This document shows, one piece after another, positions 60,301 through 64,000 of a DNA stretch of 64,000 nucleotides (position 1 is its first letter; each line of letters starts with the position of its first letter). The notes beneath the pieces are model-generated. The model saw only the letters and a program-made list of their open reading frames with translations, was not told the origin of the DNA and ran no database searches. Source of the stretch: Macrostomum hystrix (Eukaryota; Animalia; Platyhelminthes); assembly GCA_950097015.1 (NCBI GenBank), contig CATNEN010000001.1:13764001-13828000 (forward strand), in the 5' to 3' direction. Made by a program: the position numbers and the translations under genes.

Positions 60301-62200
60301 TTCCTTCCCCTTTTCTCACCATTTCCTTCCCCTTTTCTTACCATTTCCTTCCCCTTTCTTACCATTTCCTTCCCCTTTTCTTACCATTTCCTTCCCCTTT
60401 CTCACCATTTCCTTCCCCTTTTCTCACCATTTCCTTCCCCTTTTCTCACCATTTCCTTCCCCTTTTCTTACCATTTCCTTCCCCTTTTCTCACCATTTCC
60501 TTCCCCTTTTCTTACCATTTCCTTCCCCTTTTCTCACCATTTCCTCCCCCTTTTTCTTACCATTTCCTTCCCCTTTTCTTACCATTTCTTCCCCTTTTCT
60601 TACCATTTCCTTCCCCTTTTCTCACCATTTCCTTCCCCTTTTCTTACCATTTCCTTCCCCTTTTTTTTACCATTTCCTTCCCCTTTTCTTACCATTCCTA
60701 AAATAATTATTTAGCCAACTCTAAAATTAATTGTTTGTATGCTTTTTGCCCCCAACAATATCCCAGCAACGAAGACATGCCTCCGAATCTTCGCAAAGCG
60801 GTGCAGAGGCGCATGGAACAGTTCGCGCACGTGCCGGTGGATCTGCAGCCAACCGACCCGTTGGTGTATTTCCGTGTCCGACCTCCGGACGAGCCAACAG
60901 TGCACTCCTGGGTCAGGCCGAGAGACGGTGACCAAGAGGCGAATAAAGTAAGTGATTGTTATCTTTTATAACGAGTAGTTGCTAGGTAATTTTGGCAACT
61001 GATTAATATCTGTAAAATAGAGTGTACCTGTTAGACACCAGTTAGTTAGAGTATACCTGTTAGACACCTGTTAGTTAGAGTACACCTGTTAGACACCAGT
61101 TAGTTAGAGTATACCTGTTAGACACCTGTTAGTTAGAGTACACCTGTTAGACACCAGTTAGTTAGAGTACACCTGTTAGACACCAGTTAGTTAGAGTATA
61201 CCTGTTAGACACCTGTTAGTTAGAGTACACCTGTTAGACACCAGTTAGTTAGAGTATACCTGTTAGACACCTGTTAGTTAGAGTATACCTGCTAGACACC
61301 TGTTAGTTAGAGTATACCTGTTAGACACCAGTTAGTTAGAGTATACCTGTTAGACACCAGTTAGTTAGAGTATACCTGCTAGACACCAGTTAGTTAGAGT
61401 ATACCTGTTAGACACCAGTTAGTTAGAGTACACCTGTTAGACACCAGTTAGTTAGAGTATAACTGTTAAACACCGGTTAGTTAGAGTACACCTGTTAGAC
61501 ACCAGTTAGTTAGAGTATACCTGTTAGACACCTGTTAGTTAGAGTATACCTGTTAGACACCAGTTAGTTAGAGTATACCTGTTAGACACCTGTTAGTTAG
61601 AGTATACCTGTTAGACACCTGTTAGTTAGAGTATACCTGTTAGACACCTGTTAGTTAGAGTATACCTGTTAGACACCTGTTAGTTAGAGTATACCTGTTA
61701 GACACCAGTTAGTTAGAGTATACCTGTTAGACACCAGTTAATTAGAGTATACCTGTTAGACACCGGTTAGTTAGAGTATACCTGTTAGACACCGGTTAGT
61801 TAGAGTATACCTGTTAGACAGCTATTACTTAGAGTATACCTGTTAGACACCAGTTAAAACAGGTCTATCCCGGACCTCCTGTCCCCAGCTATCAAGCAGG
61901 CAGAGCCACATTCTCACTGCCTACCTGTCTGACATGGGCATCCTGGTGGCGGGCCTGAGCAGTGTCCGACTGCGCAAAGCGTTCATCACCTCGCTGGATC
62001 ACTCGGTGTACTTTCACGAGCCGCTGCTGAATCCTGGCGATTACCTGCTGTCCGAGTCGCACTGCCTGTACGGTGGCAGGGGGCGGACCAGCAACAAGGG
62101 CAATCTGTGGCGACGCGATGGCGCCCTGGTGGCCACCATCTTCCAGGAGGGCCTCGTGCGTATGCAGCGATCCGACGCGGCCGGTTCTCCGAAAGCCTAG
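57360..62200 (+). CDS. ACOT8: Acyl-CoA thioesterase 8 / TesB-like thioesterase II, ~312 aa
   Basis: Exons 57360-57448, 57745-57878, 58214-58436, 60767-60947, 61889-62200 (939 nt in frame). GLFGGQVAAQCL..HSFHSYF..GD..VTYNVRCIRDGRSYTSR..AYLSD..SLDHSVYFH..DGALVATIFQEGLVR. Confidence 0.93.
58028..58168. repeat. ~53-bp tandem triplication in ACOT8 intron 2
   Basis: CGTACAT..GCCAGGGA(C/A)TGTT(A/G)CTATTTTTAGAA occurs three times. Confidence 0.8.
58574..60697. repeat. 22-bp polypyrimidine minisatellite in ACOT8 intron 3
   Basis: Unit TTTCCTTCCCCTTTTCT(C/T)ACC(A/G), ~96 copies. Confidence 0.97.
61019..61855. repeat. 29-bp minisatellite in ACOT8 intron 4
   Basis: Unit AGAGTATACCTGTTAGACACC(A/T)GTTAGTT, ~28 copies. 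Confidence 0.96.
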
Positions 62201-64000
62201 AAACAATATATAATTTAAAATACACAGATTTTGTGCTTTTCGATACATGTCGGGAATTGTTATTTTAGATCGAAAATCACCGAAAATATTGTGTTTTCGA
62301 TACATATCGGGTACTTAGATTTAGTTTTGATAGTTCGATGCTTGATTTGTTTTTAGGAGTTAGATAATAATGTGCTCCTAATTTACTTCCTTTATGGAAA
62401 CCTTAGGAATTAAATAAATTGCAGAAGAATACGTTTTTCAGCACATATCGGAAGTATTGCGTTTAGCTACATATCGGAAAGCTTCAACATTTTAGAAATA
62501 TATAGAAACGTATCTTTCGATACGTATGGTAAAATTTTCTATCTCAAATAAGATAAAAAAGATATTTTTCGATACATATCGAAAACTTTTTTCAATGCAG
62601 GATAGTAAAACTCCAGAAGTATTAAAAGTTTTTTTGTTTTAATTTTATAGTATCTCCTATTTCTTATCCAGCTGCGATACAAAACAAACTCTTTCTTTGC
62701 AGCATTTGTTAAAGCGTTGCTTTCCTAGAATCGTTTGGAAAGTTATGATGAAAAATTAATTTGCTCACTATGAGTAGTACGATATGTACACTGTTTTCTT
62801 TAAATTGTGGGTGAATAGAAAGCTTGTCCTAAAAATCGCAAATAATGCTTTTACCAACCTACTTATATCCTTTTGCGAGTACTATAAACGCAAATGAAAG
62901 CCTATATTTCTTAATTTTTGGCAACCCGCATTGCTTATAGTTCTCGTTATTAGAAACACAATATCCATTTTTTTAATTAGCTCGTATTTGTGAAAAAAAA
63001 TCTTTTTTACTTTTCGTGTTTTTTATTTCTTTTATTATTTTTACAATTATTATCAAGTTTGTTTTGGCATTTTTTCATGGCTTTAATGGCTAAGTTTTCA
63101 GAAAAAAAATGAAAGATAAAATGAAAAATCAATACTACTTAAAGTAGATAATACTCCTATGGTGAATATTTGCTCAAATATATTGACAATAGGACTTCTC
63201 CACAAGGGTGACATTGTATTTCTTGCCGACTTTAAAGAATTATCTTTAGATACAAACAGACTGCAAACTTCTCGTTTGTGAAATCACAATCGAAATGCTT
63301 TTCTTTGTTCTAGAAGCAAATACAATTAGCGGTATTGTGGCAGCAGACAATGGCTAGCTGGCTGACTTAATGAGTCTAATGGCTAGAAATCAATTTATAC
63401 TTGATTGACTCACAATTGACTTCACTTTTTTGCACATTTTATTTGGTAGACAATCCGACGAAGGCTTTGGTCTCAATAGGCAATTTTATGCTATGCAAAT
63501 AGCATCCGATATGTATTGAAAATAGGAAAAGTTAAAAACTGTTCACCCGATATGTATCGAAAGAATATAATACTCAGGATTGATTGCTAAAGAACTAGAT
63601 TTTTGCTATAAGATTTGTGTTGTTAAGTATCTGGTCTAATGAAAATCCAGGGATTTCAATATTGTAACATTTTTGCCTATTTTCTTTAAGGTCCTTTTTG
63701 TTGGATGATTTAAGGTGCTTGTGCACATGAATGCACAGCTCATTTCAAGTGACCCATTTGGCAGCCATTTACTCTTGACGGGTTTCTGCTAATTTGCCTT
63801 CCCATTTGCCTGCCTCGTTTTCCCTGGCATTGGCGTGTTCTCATCGTCTGTTACTGTTTCGCTACCTTCCTTGTGGGGCTTTCACAGTCCTTAGAAACAT
63901 AGCGCCAGCATGTAAAGCTACTTTTACTGGCTTTTAACACAATATATGAATTCCCATTCTGATCTCACCAGCTCACTCTCTCCCATTCTGTCTGATCTCA

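Noticed and set aside
3870-60714. Long repetitive ORFs in the track (e.g. 3877-5010, 33018-34568, 37939-38604, 41887-43256, 49881-50628, 52407-54038, 58546-60714)
   Set aside because: They are translations of intronic or intergenic minisatellites, often open in several frames at once. The host genes splice around the intronic ones in frame.

Overview
Eukaryotic (metazoan) genomic DNA with GC-rich exons, AT-rich spacers and GT-AG introns, many of them filled by minisatellites. The style resembles a Macrostomum-type flatworm; this is inference and was not checked. Seven host genes were rebuilt by hand with frame-consistent models (six spliced, SMARCE1 single-exon): RERE/atrophin (+), a divergent prolyl-4-hydroxylase-alpha-like gene that has lost two of three Fe ligands (+), SMARCE1/BAF57 (-), LIN-7 (-), dymeclin (+), an uncharacterised myristoylation-motif four-repeat protein (+) and ACOT8 (+). 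An intact, very recent BEL/Pao LTR retrotransposon (11854-18431) sits in a P4HA-like intron; its 308-bp LTRs look identical and it has a 5-bp TSD. Also present are two tRNA-derived SINE families, two hAT-type MITE families and about 20 distinct tandem arrays. Most interesting: (i) one palindromic-core minisatellite family in three consecutive dymeclin introns in alternating orientation (+/-/+), bracketing exons 4 and 5 with long inverted repeats; (ii) the P4HA pseudoenzyme; (iii) a 4.5-kb 21-bp array that reads as a coiled-coil heptad frame with a fixed in-frame TAG; (iv) a 47-bp minisatellite visibly derived from a SINE. Most long ORFs in the supplied track are repeat artefacts. Repeat boundaries and copy numbers are approximate, and all comparisons were made by eye.
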